The notes below the pieces were generated by a model. The model was not told where the DNA came from. It saw only the letters and a program-made list of their open reading frames with translations, and did no database searches. From Gammaproteobacteria bacterium (GTDB taxonomy: Bacteria > Pseudomonadota > Gammaproteobacteria > GCA-002705445 > GCA-002716945), in the NCBI GenBank assembly GCA_038142325.1, contig JAYQJW010000002.1:715328-779327 (forward strand): a stretch of 64,000 nt of DNA, read 5' to 3'. The position numbers and the translations under genes are program-made. Below, in pieces: positions 48,012-59,169 of this stretch (positions within the stretch are counted from its first letter, which is position 1; each line of letters opens with the position of its first letter).

Positions 48012-49454
48012 ATGAAATACATCAAATTTAACAAGAGTAAAAGCAATGATCTTAATATAATTTTCATCTATCAGGATATGCTTTCTGCATTAGACAAATC
48101 TATAGGTAAAGTACCCGTATTAGATGATATTAAATTATCTATTGCAAATAAAGTAACTACAGGAAAAATGGGAACTTGTGATGTATTCAGCAGTAAAGCT
48201 GGCAACTCAAGCTATTGCCTTATAGGTTTGGGCAGTCAAAAGGATCTAAACATCCAGATTTATGAGAAGTGCCTAAAGAATGCGATGAAAAAAATCAAAG
48301 AATTTAAAATGTCTAGCATGTGTGTGGATTTAACAAACATAAAAATTAAAAATTATGATGTTATCAAAGGCTCTATTATAGAAATTGAGAAATCTCAATA
48401 TTCATACAAACAAGAAATCAAAACTAGTTTAAAACAATGTCAATTGATTGTTAATAAGAGCACTGATACCAGAGAATTTAATAAAACAGTAATTGAATCT
48501 CTTGCAATATCAAATGGTATAAACAAGTCAAGAATGTTAGGTGATACACCTTCAAACATATGTAATCCCACATTTCTTGCAAAAGAAGCAAAAAAATTAG
48601 AGCGCATTAATTCAAATATAAAAGTAGAAGTTTTAGATGAAAAGAAAATGCGTTCTTTAAAAATGGGTTCATTATTATCCGTTTCACAAGGTAGTAAGCA
48701 ACCAGCGAAATTAGTAATAATAAAATATACGCCTCTAAAAAATAAACAGCCTATAGTCCTTGTTGGTAAAGGTATCACATTTGATACTGGCGGAATTTCA
48801 ATCAAACCTTCGGCAAATATGGACGAGATGAAATACGATATGTCAGGTGCGGGTTCTGTAATTGGAACGATGCAAGCATGTGCAGAAATGAAATTGAAAA
48901 ATAATGTTATTGGAATACTTGCTTGTGCTGAAAACATGCCGGGTAGTCAAGCCACTAGACCTGGAGATGTTGTGACAAGTATGTCAGGTATAACTATTGA
49001 GATTCTAAATACAGATGCAGAGGGAAGATTAGTCCTTTGTGATGCTCTAACATTCAGTAAAAAATATAAGCCAAGATACATACTAGATATGGCGACATTA
49101 ACAGGAGCGTGTCTTGTTGGGCTTGGTAAATATCCTTCTGGATTATTTTCTAATAGTGATGAACTCAGTGATAAAATTAAAAAATCATCTGACAGAACCG
49201 GTGATCGTGTCTGGCAACTTCCACTATATCAAGATTATTTTGAGGAACTTAAGACAAACTTTGCAGATATTCAAAATATTGGCGGAAGATATGGTGGCGC
49301 TATCACGGCAGCAGCATTTCTAGCTCATTTTACTAAAGATGAAAAATGGGCTCACTTAGATATTGCCGGAACTGCTTGGGAAGTTGGTCCTGATAAAGGC
49401 TCTACTGGAAGACCTGTGAAGCTACTAACTGATTTCGTAATATCAAATAAATAA
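48012..49454 (+). CDS. pepA: leucyl aminopeptidase
   Basis: GKGITFDTGG, MKYDM, NTDAEGRL, HLDIAG. Confidence 0.96.
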   Translation: MKYIKFNKSKSNDLNIIFIYQDMLSALDKSIGKVPVLDDIKLSIANKVTTGKMGTCDVFSSKAGNSSYCLIGLGSQKDLNIQIYEKCLKNAMKKIKEFKMSSMCVDLTNIKIKNYDVIKGSIIEIEKSQYSYKQEIKTSLKQCQLIVNKSTDTREFNKTVIESLAISNGINKSRMLGDTPSNICNPTFLAKEAKKLERINSNIKVEVLDEKKMRSLKMGSLLSVSQGSKQPAKLVIIKYTPLKNKQPIVLVGKGITFDTGGISIKPSANMDEMKYDMSGAGSVIGTMQACAEMKLKNNVIGILACAENMPGSQATRPGDVVTSMSGITIEILNTDAEGRLVLCDALTFSKKYKPRYILDMATLTGACLVGLGKYPSGLFSNSDELSDKIKKSSDRTGDRVWQLPLYQDYFEELKTNFADIQNIGGRYGGAITAAAFLAHFTKDEKWAHLDIAGTAWEVGPDKGSTGRPVKLLTDFVISNK

Positions 49455-49455
49455 C

Positions 49456-49896
49456 TTGAAAAGCACTGCTAATTTTTATTCGCTGAACAAAAGTCAAAAT
49501 CTTCATTTGTCTGTTTGTTTCCTTGCAAGAAAATTATATAAGACTGGGCGTAAAATCGTAATTATTGATGTTGACGATAATCTAGAAAAAATAGATAAAC
49601 TACTTTGGACTTTTGAACAAAACAGTTTTTTACCCCATAAAATCTATAAGTCAGATACTTGTTTTGATACACCAATTATTCTCGTATCAGCAACATATCC
49701 TGATAAACAATCTATACTAGATAAATACGACTCAATAATAAATATTTATGAAAAGCCAGTCATTGATAAAATTGATGATAAATCAATATATGAATTTGTT
49801 GAGAATATTGAGAATAGAAAAGAAATTAGTAGAAAAAAATATACTTTATATAAAAATAATAACTTTGTATTAAACCATAAAGAGTTCAATGAATAA
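49456..49896 (+). CDS. holC: DNA polymerase III chi subunit
   Basis: FY, LLWTFEQNSFLPH; pepA-holC-valS order. Confidence 0.88.
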   Translation: MKSTANFYSLNKSQNLHLSVCFLARKLYKTGRKIVIIDVDDNLEKIDKLLWTFEQNSFLPHKIYKSDTCFDTPIILVSATYPDKQSILDKYDSIINIYEKPVIDKIDDKSIYEFVENIENRKEISRKKYTLYKNNNFVLNHKEFNE

Positions 49897-52622
49897 ACAA
49901 TATAAACCACAAGAGATAGAACAAGCCATTTATGATGAATGGGAAAAAAATAAATGTTTTTCTCCAAAACAGTCTTCATCTAAATTTTCCATAGTGCTTC
50001 CCCCACCTAATGTGACAGGTACTCTTCACATGGGTCATGCATTTCAACATACAATCATTGATATTCTTGTAAGATATCATCGAATGCTTGGAAAAAGTGT
50101 ATTATGGCAGCCTGGTACTGACCATGCAGGTATAGCTACTCAGCTTGTTGTTGAAAATAGGATTAAAAATACTGGAAGAGATGTTAAAGCTCTCAGCAGA
50201 GAAGAGTTTATTGATGAAGTTTGGGAATGGAAAGAATTATCTGGCAACACAATCATAAATCAAACAAAAAGAATTGGTTCTTCTGCAGATTGGTCAAGAA
50301 ATAGATTCACGATGGATGATGGATTGTCTAAAATCGTGGAAGATGTTTTCATTTCTTTATACGAAGAAAAGCTAATATATAGAGGAAACCGATTAGTAAA
50401 TTGGGATATTAAATTACAGACTGCTGATTCTGATTTAGAAGTTGTTAATAAAGGCCAGGATGGATATTTATACTACCTAAGATATCAATTAAAAGATTCG
50501 AGTGATTCTATTGTAGTAGCTACTACAAGACCAGAGACATTCTTTGGTGATTCTGCAATCTGTATAAATCCTGAGGATACAAGATATAAACATCTTATAG
50601 GTAAAGAAATTGCCCTGCCAATGATCAAAAGATACATACCGGTTATACAAGATGAATTGGTTGATATGGATTTTGGTACTGGATGTCTAAAGATAACTCC
50701 AGCACATGATTTTAATGATTACAAAGTTGGTAAAAAACATAATCTTAATTTTATTAACATCTTGAATAAAGACGGAACATTAAATGAAAATGTTCATGAA
50801 AAATATATAGGTAAAAATATTCATACAGTTCGCGAGGAACTTGTTAATGATTTAGAAAAAGAACAAATATTAGTTAAAAAAGATAAATATCAGAATACTG
50901 TTCCAATAGGTGAGAGAACAGGTGAAATAATTGAACCTTTACTCACAAATCAATGGTTTATGAGCATGAGTTCTCTAGCAGAAAAAGGCGTAAAAGTTGT
51001 TGAAGATAAAAAGGTAAATTTTGTTCCTAAGCATTGGGAAAAAATCTATTTCAATTGGCTTAGAAATATTGAGGATTGGTGTGTAAGTCGACAAATTTTT
51101 TGGGGACATAGAATACCTGCTTGGTATGATGATGATGCTAATATTTACGTCGGTAAGAACGAAAAGGAAATTAGAAATAAATATAAATTAGCTGATAATA
51201 TAAACTTAACACAAGATTCTGATGTTCTTGATACATGGTTTTCATCTTCACTCTGGCCCTTTTCAACACTAGGATGGAAAGATGATGATAGTGTGTTTGA
51301 AAAATATTTTCCTACAAACCTTTTAGTAACAGGTTTTGATATCATTTTCTTTTGGGTTGCAAGAATGATAATGATGAGCATAAAGTTTACGGATAATATT
51401 CCATTTAATAAGGTTTATATTCATGGATTAGTCAGAGATTCAGAAGGTAAAAAAATGTCTAAATCAATTGGTAATGTAATAGATCCCTTAGATGTGATTG
51501 ATGGTATTTCTCTTGATAAACTTCTTGAAAAAAGGACAGCTAGTTTACTCAATGAAAAGCAAAAAGCAGATGTAATAAAAAAAACTAAAAGAGATTTTCC
51601 CTCTGGAATAAGGGAATATGGTGCTGATGCATTGAGATTTAATTTTTGCGCTATGGCTTCTACTGGTAGGGATATAAACTTCGATTTAAATAGAATAGAA
51701 GGGTACAGGAATTTTTGTAATAAAATTTGGAATGCTTCAAGATATATTCTCATGTCTTGTGAAGGTTTTAATTACCAAGAAAAAATTAATCCCAACGACT
51801 CTAGTATCTTTGATAAATGGATTTTATACAGCCTAGATAATGTTGTGAGTGACTTTAAAAAATATACAACAACTTATAGATTTGATTTAATGGCTAATGG
51901 TATCTACGATTTTGTTTGGAATGAATATTGTGACTGGTATCTTGAAATTTCTAAACATAATATGAATGATGTAACAAAAAATCATCTTATTTTTTCAATA
52001 TTAAGAATTATAAAATTATGTCATCCAATTATACCTTTTATAACAGAAAGTATTTGGAAAGAGTTTTATAAATGTAAATTTGTATCTGAGAAAATGCTCA
52101 TTAATAGTAGCTTTCCATCTCAAATAAGAATTTCTAAAGAAGATGATGTTGAGGCTAGAGTAAATCGTATCAAGAGAAATAATAAAAAAAATTAGAAAAA
52201 CAAGAACAGAGTTAGGTATACATCCTAAACAAATCATTAGTATAAATGTACATATTAAAAAATCAGAAATAAAAAATGATGTTACAGAACATCAAAGCCT
52301 AATTGAGTCGATGACTAATACAAATATTGATATCACAGCTGAGCAATCAGATGTAAATGAATATATTGATTTAATCGATGATAACTATACTCTATATTTA
52401 AAAATTAGAAATTTAATTAATGTTCAGGAAGAAATGAAGAGAATAGATAAAAAGCTAATAGAGCTCGAAGCAATCGTTACAAAGATAAATTCTAAGCTGA
52501 ATAATAAGAGTTTTATAGAAAAAGCTCCAAGTGAAATAATAAATCAGAATATTTCTAACAAAAGCAAGATTGAGAACGACATATTATCTCTTAATAATCT
52601 TCGTAAAACTTTATCTAATTAA
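49889..52622 (+). CDS. valS: valine--tRNA ligase (frameshift near 52175)
   Basis: PPPNVTG.LHMGH, DVLDTWFSS, KMSKS; C-terminal coiled coil KLNNKSFIEKAP in 52311..52622. Confidence 0.97.
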
Positions 52623-53579
52623 ACTATATAATCTTTCAAGCGTTAGTCTAAAACTCGTTAAATCATTTGTGATGTTAATATTTAACTGATTCGTTAATTG
52701 CTTATACTCATTGCATTCTGAACCAATAAGAATAATATCCTCTGTCTTATCTGCATTTTCACGAATATGTTTAATTTCATATATCTTTCTGGCAATATCT
52801 CTTGGATTATTTATTGCTAAAACAACTAACTGTGCTCTCACATTTGTCGCCGCATATGTTATCTCATCATGGGGTACTCCATTACCAATATATGTGATAT
52901 CCCAGCCAACATTCTGTGCAACAATCAAATGCATTATTGTGTCTAATGATTCGTGTTCAGAGAGTAAAGATGCCAATACTAGGCGTGGGCAGTCCTCTTT
53001 AGACGATCTTAATTTTAAATACAAATTATTTAAACAAGTTCTTATGCTTAATTTGGACATTTTTTCTTGCGCATATCTAATGCTGCCTCTAGAACATTCG
53101 TCATTAATATAATTGCTCAATGGTTTTATAAACTCAATTAGAAAATCATTAGTGTTTAAAATGGCAACTGCATTAGATAATACATTATCTAATTTCCAGC
53201 TATTCATTTCTTTTATACATGAAATTGATTCATCAAATAATTCCATTACAGTACCTGTGCTAGGCCTTTTGTAACCAACAGAGAAATTAGATTCATCACC
53301 CATTACTAATTCAAACAAATCATCGTATGATAAAGATGCAATATCTCCAATGCGCCTTCCTGCAGCAATTGCTCTTTTAAGTAATGTTAGCTTGTCGATA
53401 TCTTTATCTGAGTATAACCTTCTGTTTGTATCATTACGTTGTGATACCACAGCTTGGTATCTCTTCTCCCACACTCTAATTACATCAGAACTTAAACCCG
53501 TTCTTCGATTGACAACTTGTATGAGATGTCTAGGTTTTGCAGATAAATCTTCTTTCATTTGTGAAATATTCAGGGACAT
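52611..53579 (-). CDS. CarH/LitR-type MerR-family regulator with (degenerate) cobalamin-binding domain; probable start 53579 (or 53558)
   Basis: MerR wHTH RRTGLSSDVIRVWEKRY..RRLYS; helical bundle ..RGSIRYAQE..; Rossmann GWDITYIGNGVP. Confidence 0.85.
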   Translation of the reverse strand: MSLNISQMKEDLSAKPRHLIQVVNRRTGLSSDVIRVWEKRYQAVVSQRNDTNRRLYSDKDIDKLTLLKRAIAAGRRIGDIASLSYDDLFELVMGDESNFSVGYKRPSTGTVMELFDESISCIKEMNSWKLDNVLSNAVAILNTNDFLIEFIKPLSNYINDECSRGSIRYAQEKMSKLSIRTCLNNLYLKLRSSKEDCPRLVLASLLSEHESLDTIMHLIVAQNVGWDITYIGNGVPHDEITYAATNVRAQLVVLAINNPRDIARKIYEIKHIRENADKTEDIILIGSECNEYKQLTNQLNINITNDLTSFRLTLERLYSLIR

Positions 53580-53595
53580 TCCCTTGTTGTTGTTA

Positions 53596-53635
53596 ATTAT
53601 TGCTTTATCCATAGCTTTTGTCAATCCTTTGTCTA
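53596..53635 (-). promoter_or_regulatory. sigma70-like promoter of the regulator overlapped by TnnACA repeats
   Basis: Minus strand TTGACA(53624-53619)-N17-AATAAT(53601-53596); TAGACA(53635-53630) 11 bp upstream of the -35. Confidence 0.65.
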
Positions 53636-53695
53636 TTATTAGACGAACAGTATCACTATTTAATCTGTTTGTATATATTTTGTTCATTTTTTTTA

Positions 53696-53743
53696 TTGAC
53701 ATGTCTATATTATTCAGATATTGTCTTAGACAGGATGTAGACA
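53696..53743 (+). promoter_or_regulatory. sigma70-like promoter for divergent sRNA with operator-like repeats
   Basis: TTGACA(53696-53701)-N17-TATTGT(53719-53724); TAGACA at 53727 and 53738 (11-bp spacing). Confidence 0.7.
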
Positions 53744-53803
53744 ACACGTCATATCCCCACCCCTTTAATGAAAGGCCGAATTTACCCCCTTCGGCCTTTT
53801 TTT
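53731..53803 (+). ncRNA. putative ~72-nt small RNA
   Basis: Lies between promoter and terminator; 5' hairpin GGATGT-A-GAC-AACAC-GTC-ATATCC; C-rich linker; no credible internal ORF; GC-rich against AT-rich background. Confidence 0.6.
53771..53803 (+). terminator. intrinsic terminator (T-tract on + strand; possibly bidirectional for dinB)
   Basis: AAAGGCCGAA-TTTACCCCC-TTCGGCCTTT with a 7-T run ending at 53803. Confidence 0.85.
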
Positions 53804-55016
53804 ATACTGATTTTCTGTAGCCGTTAGGACGCCAAGCGGGCGCAATAACATCAGTGCTCTCATAAAGGTCAAGTTTTAAACGTGCTAACTCAATAGTATC
53901 TTTACCAAATTTTTTATTAATATTGTCTACAACTCTTAAACATTTGTTTTGATTAGTTGCTCTGTCAAAAAAATCACCTTGTATGTTTTTTTGAACAGGA
54001 CGTATTGTCGTTACCTGGACTTGATAAATGCCCACATTTTTATCAAGCATGTTTAAAACATGCTCGCACAATTGAAAGATTTTTCGCTGATCAGATGTAG
54101 CATATTCGAGTTTAATCTTTTTTTGAATCCAGCCAGCTTTTATTTTTATACCAATCATAAATTTTTTTGATTCATGATTACATTCTCTTAATCGCTTGGA
54201 TAGTTTTACAGATATTTTTAAAAATATTTTTTTTATCAGATTTCTATCCTTTGTATTTGGCATTACAACTTTTCCATGACCTAGGCTTTTTGGATACATT
54301 GGATCTAATGTAAGTCCTTCAAAGTCTTCTCCATTTGCCATCAACCATATCTTTTTTCCAATATTTCCAAATCTATTCGAAAGTATACTAATAGGTATTT
54401 TCTTCATATCGGAACATTTATACACTCCATGTTCATTGAGAAATCTCGTTATACCCTTGGATACGCCGCATAGTTTGTCAACATCTGCATTGCTTAAATA
54501 TTGATCACGATTATTTTTATTAATAAAAGTAATACCATCAGGTTTGTTAACTTTGGAGGCAAATTTAGCTAATGATTTGCTATATGAAACTCCTATTGAG
54601 CATTTAAGATTTTCAGACGAATATATCAAGTCCTTAACATGATAGATGATTGTATCTATATTTTTATATATTCTCATACAGTTTGTTAATTCTAAAAAAG
54701 CCTCGTCTACAGAATAAACCTGAATATCAGGAGTGACATTTTTCAAGATATTCATGATGTTAGTAGATACAGCAGTATATATATTTGGTCTTGATGGTCG
54801 CTGAATTAAATAGGGACAGATTCTTTTTGCTTCATAAAGCCTCATGCCTGTTTTTACCCCAAAGGCTCTTGCTTCGTAAGATGAAGTGATAACGCATGAT
54901 CCTTTTATTCCATTAGTTACTGCTATAGGTTTTCCTGCTAGTTCTGGAAAATCTCTCTGTTCTATGGATGCAAAAAAAGCATTCATATCAACATGAAGAT
55001 ATATTTTTGGATTCAT
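53802..55016 (-). CDS. dinB: Y-family DNA polymerase (DinB/Pol IV-like)
   Basis: HVDMNAFFASIEQ, SYEARAFGV, YSVDEAFL, AKFAS..NKPDG, QGDFF clamp-binding-like motif. Confidence 0.88.
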   Translation of the reverse strand: MNPKIYLHVDMNAFFASIEQRDFPELAGKPIAVTNGIKGSCVITSSYEARAFGVKTGMRLYEAKRICPYLIQRPSRPNIYTAVSTNIMNILKNVTPDIQVYSVDEAFLELTNCMRIYKNIDTIIYHVKDLIYSSENLKCSIGVSYSKSLAKFASKVNKPDGITFINKNNRDQYLSNADVDKLCGVSKGITRFLNEHGVYKCSDMKKIPISILSNRFGNIGKKIWLMANGEDFEGLTLDPMYPKSLGHGKVVMPNTKDRNLIKKIFLKISVKLSKRLRECNHESKKFMIGIKIKAGWIQKKIKLEYATSDQRKIFQLCEHVLNMLDKNVGIYQVQVTTIRPVQKNIQGDFFDRATNQNKCLRVVDNINKKFGKDTIELARLKLDLYESTDVIAPAWRPNGYRKSV

Positions 55017-55018
55017 GG

Positions 55019-55618
55019 CTAGTAAATTCTTACTTGCCCAATTACATGACCTTGTATTGAAATTCTTTCAACAGGATAAATTATTTCTTTAAATTTATTA
55101 TTAGCAGGAATGAGCTTTATTTCATCAGAATTAATTTTTTCTATATATTTTAATGTTACATCTTGATTGTCGATTAAGACGACATGAACCTTTGACTTAT
55201 GCGTCTTATTACTTTCTTCAATTATTACCCAATCTCCATCATTAATACCAGCGTCAATCATAGAATCACCTTTAACTTTTAAAGCATATGATTTTTTATT
55301 AGTAAATAAGTACTCGAGCTCAATCTTTTGTTGATCTGTTATTGCTTCTATTGCCCCACCGGCAGCAATTTTTCCTAAAGATTTTAAAAAAATAGGTTCT
55401 TTTTGATGCAGGAGTATCCCTCTATGTTTGTTAGGAATTTTTTTTAACTTGTTGGCCTTCTCAAGAGCTTTTACATATCGATGAGCAACACCCTTTGACT
55501 TGATACCTATTCCTTTTGCAATATCTGTTAATAGAGGATATCTCCCGTATTTTTTAGAATACTTAAGTATAAATTCATAAGCCTTTTGTTCTTTTTCAGT
55601 TAGTACCTGGTAATTCAT
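55019..55618 (-). CDS. lexA: LexA repressor
   Basis: wHTH N-domain, GKIAAG cleavage site, VKGDSM (Ser), VTLK (Lys). Confidence 0.92.
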   Translation of the reverse strand: MNYQVLTEKEQKAYEFILKYSKKYGRYPLLTDIAKGIGIKSKGVAHRYVKALEKANKLKKIPNKHRGILLHQKEPIFLKSLGKIAAGGAIEAITDQQKIELEYLFTNKKSYALKVKGDSMIDAGINDGDWVIIEESNKTHKSKVHVVLIDNQDVTLKYIEKINSDEIKLIPANNKFKEIIYPVERISIQGHVIGQVRIY

Positions 55619-55639
55619 AAGTTCTCATTAAGTTCTCAT
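55618..55639 (-). promoter_or_regulatory. putative LexA operator: exact 11-bp tandem repeat containing GAAC-N7-GAAC
   Basis: TAAGTTCTCAT at 55618-55628 and 55629-55639, between the -10 (TATTAT) and the lexA ATG. Confidence 0.75.
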
Positions 55640-55677
55640 ATAATACATGAACTGCTCGAGCGGAACAAGATTAAATT

Positions 55678-56031
55678 TTATATAATTCTCAGAATATCTT
55701 CAGGAGGACATCCAATAATTGCATTATTATTGTAAACAAGAATTGATCGTTGAAGTAATTTAGGATGCTTAACAATAACCTCAAGAATCTCATCTAGAGT
55801 AAGATTAAGATTGTCTAAGTTATTTTCTTTATACTCCTTTTCATTACTTCTAATAATATCTCTAACCGATAACTCAGATAAATCAAGTATTTGTTTAAGC
55901 ATGTTTTTAGTGAGTTTATCTTTAAGATAAAGTATTACTTTAGTATTAATATTTTGGTTTTCAATTATTTCAAGAGCTTTTCTTGATTTACTACATCTAG
56001 GGTTGTGATAAAAATTCCTTCTGACATTCAA
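55678..56031 (-). CDS. ArsC/Spx family protein (glutaredoxin-type arsenate reductase-like)
   Basis: YHNPRCSKSR, HPKLLQR, PPE. Confidence 0.85.
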   Translation of the reverse strand: MNVRRNFYHNPRCSKSRKALEIIENQNINTKVILYLKDKLTKNMLKQILDLSELSVRDIIRSNEKEYKENNLDNLNLTLDEILEVIVKHPKLLQRSILVYNNNAIIGCPPEDILRII

Positions 56032-56087
56032 TAAGAATAATATTTTCTAACTAATTCTGCAAAAGTTATCATTAACAGTGTTTTATG

Positions 56088-57632
56088 TCACTCCCACTCA
56101 ATCGTACCTGGTGGTTTTGAAGTAATGTCATAAACAACTCTAGCTACACCCTCAACTTCGTTAATAATACGAGTTGATATCATGTTCAAAATATTATGTG
56201 GGATAATACTGGCAGTTGCTGTCATAAAATCTGTTGTATTAACAGCTCTGAGAGCGATTACAAATCCATATTGTCTCTTATCACCTACTACTCCAACTGA
56301 TTTTAATGGTATTAATACTGAGAGAGCTTGATCAACTTTATTATATAAATTGTTAGAGCGAAGTTCTTCAATAAATATATAATCTACTTCTTGTAATATT
56401 TTTATTTTTATATGGTTTACCTCACCAAGTATTCTGACAGCAAGTCCAGGGCCAGGAAATGGATGTCTTTCAATAAGCTTACTAGGCAAACCTAACTGTT
56501 TACCAATTTTCCTAACTTCATCTTTAAAAAGATTTCGAATTGGCTCAACTAAATTAAATTTCATATTTTTTGGAAGTCCTCCAACATTATGATGAGACTT
56601 GATAACATCAGATTTAGATTTTTTTGATGACGACTCAATAACATCTGGATAAATGGTGCCCTGTCCTAGATACTTTACATTTTTGATTTTCTTCGCTTCT
56701 CTATCAAATATTTCTATAAAGCATTTACCGATAATTTTTCGTTTTTTTTTCAGGATCATTTACTCCTCTGAGAGATAAGAGAAATTTTCTTGAAGCATCT
56801 ACCACTTTTAGGTTAATGTTAAGTGCTCTCGTAATATTAATAACCTCTTCAACTTCATTTTTTCTAAGTAGTCCAGTATTAATAAAGATACAAATTAGAT
56901 TTTTGCCAATTGCAGTGTTTAGAATTGCAGCAACCACTGAAGAATCTACACCGCCAGATAATGCTAGGATAACTTTTTCTTCTCTTACTTCATCTCTTAT
57001 TTTGTTTATCATATCTTGGCTGATGTTTTTTGGTGTCCATGTCTTTCTACACCTACATATCTTTGCAAAGTTTTGTAATATTTTTTTTCCAATTTTCGTA
57101 TGTGTTACTTCAGGATGAAATTGAAGTCCATAAATATGTTTCTGTTCATTCTCTAGTGCGGATATTTTTGAATTACTACTATTACCTAATGAAATGAAAT
57201 TGCTAGGTAATTTCTCTACTTTATCAGCATGACTCATCCATACGTCATGTGTATTGTCTTTATCACAACCATCGAATAATTGTGACTTTTTATTTATATT
57301 GAATGTTGAATGACCAAACTCTTTTTTTAATGATTTAACTACTTTCCCACCAAACTCTCTTGCTATAAGTTGCATTCCATAGCATATACCTAATATTGGA
57401 ATACCAAGTGAAAATATTTTTTTATTTGGTTTCAACATTTTTCTTGTGTTGACAGAGTTTGGGCCACCACTAAAAATAATACCTTTTGGCGCTAATCTAA
57501 TAATTTCTGTTATTGAAATATTGTGTGGTTTGACAAGACTATACACTCCAATCTCTCTAATACGTCGTGCAATCAGTTGAGTGTATTGAGAGCCAAAATC
57601 TAAGATTATGATTAAATCTTTAGATGCTTGCA

Positions 57633-57633
<1 letters not shown>
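56088..57633 (-). CDS. guaA: GMP synthase (frameshift near 56745)
   Basis: [53 protein letters not shown]. Confidence 0.97.
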
Positions 57634-59131
<1,498 letters not shown>

Positions 59132-59169
59132 TTATACATATAAAATGCTTTTACTGAAAGTTTTAAAAA

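Noticed and set aside
53731-53737. CAGGATG at the sRNA 5' end suggesting a CsrB/RsmZ-type sponge
   Set aside because: Only one GGA motif, and it is predicted to be base-paired; Csr sponges carry several in loops.
53580-53747. N-terminal 56-aa extension of the MerR regulator given by the ORF track (start 53747)
   Set aside because: Low-complexity translation ahead of the MerR domain; the DNA contains two promoters and operator-like repeats; ATGs at 53579 and 53558 fit better.
53350-53820. 156-aa + strand ORF crossing the regulator 5' end and the putative sRNA
   Set aside because: Antisense shadow of the regulator; runs through a terminator; no RBS or recognisable motif.
55649-55666. GAAC-N10-GAAC around palindrome GCTCGAGC upstream of lexA
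   Set aside because: Spacing matches no LexA box I know; it overlaps the -35/spacer and may be incidental.
55678-56031. ArsC-like gene as an arsenic-resistance operon
   Set aside because: Stand-alone, with no arsR, arsB or acr3; such ArsC-family genes are common in core genomes.
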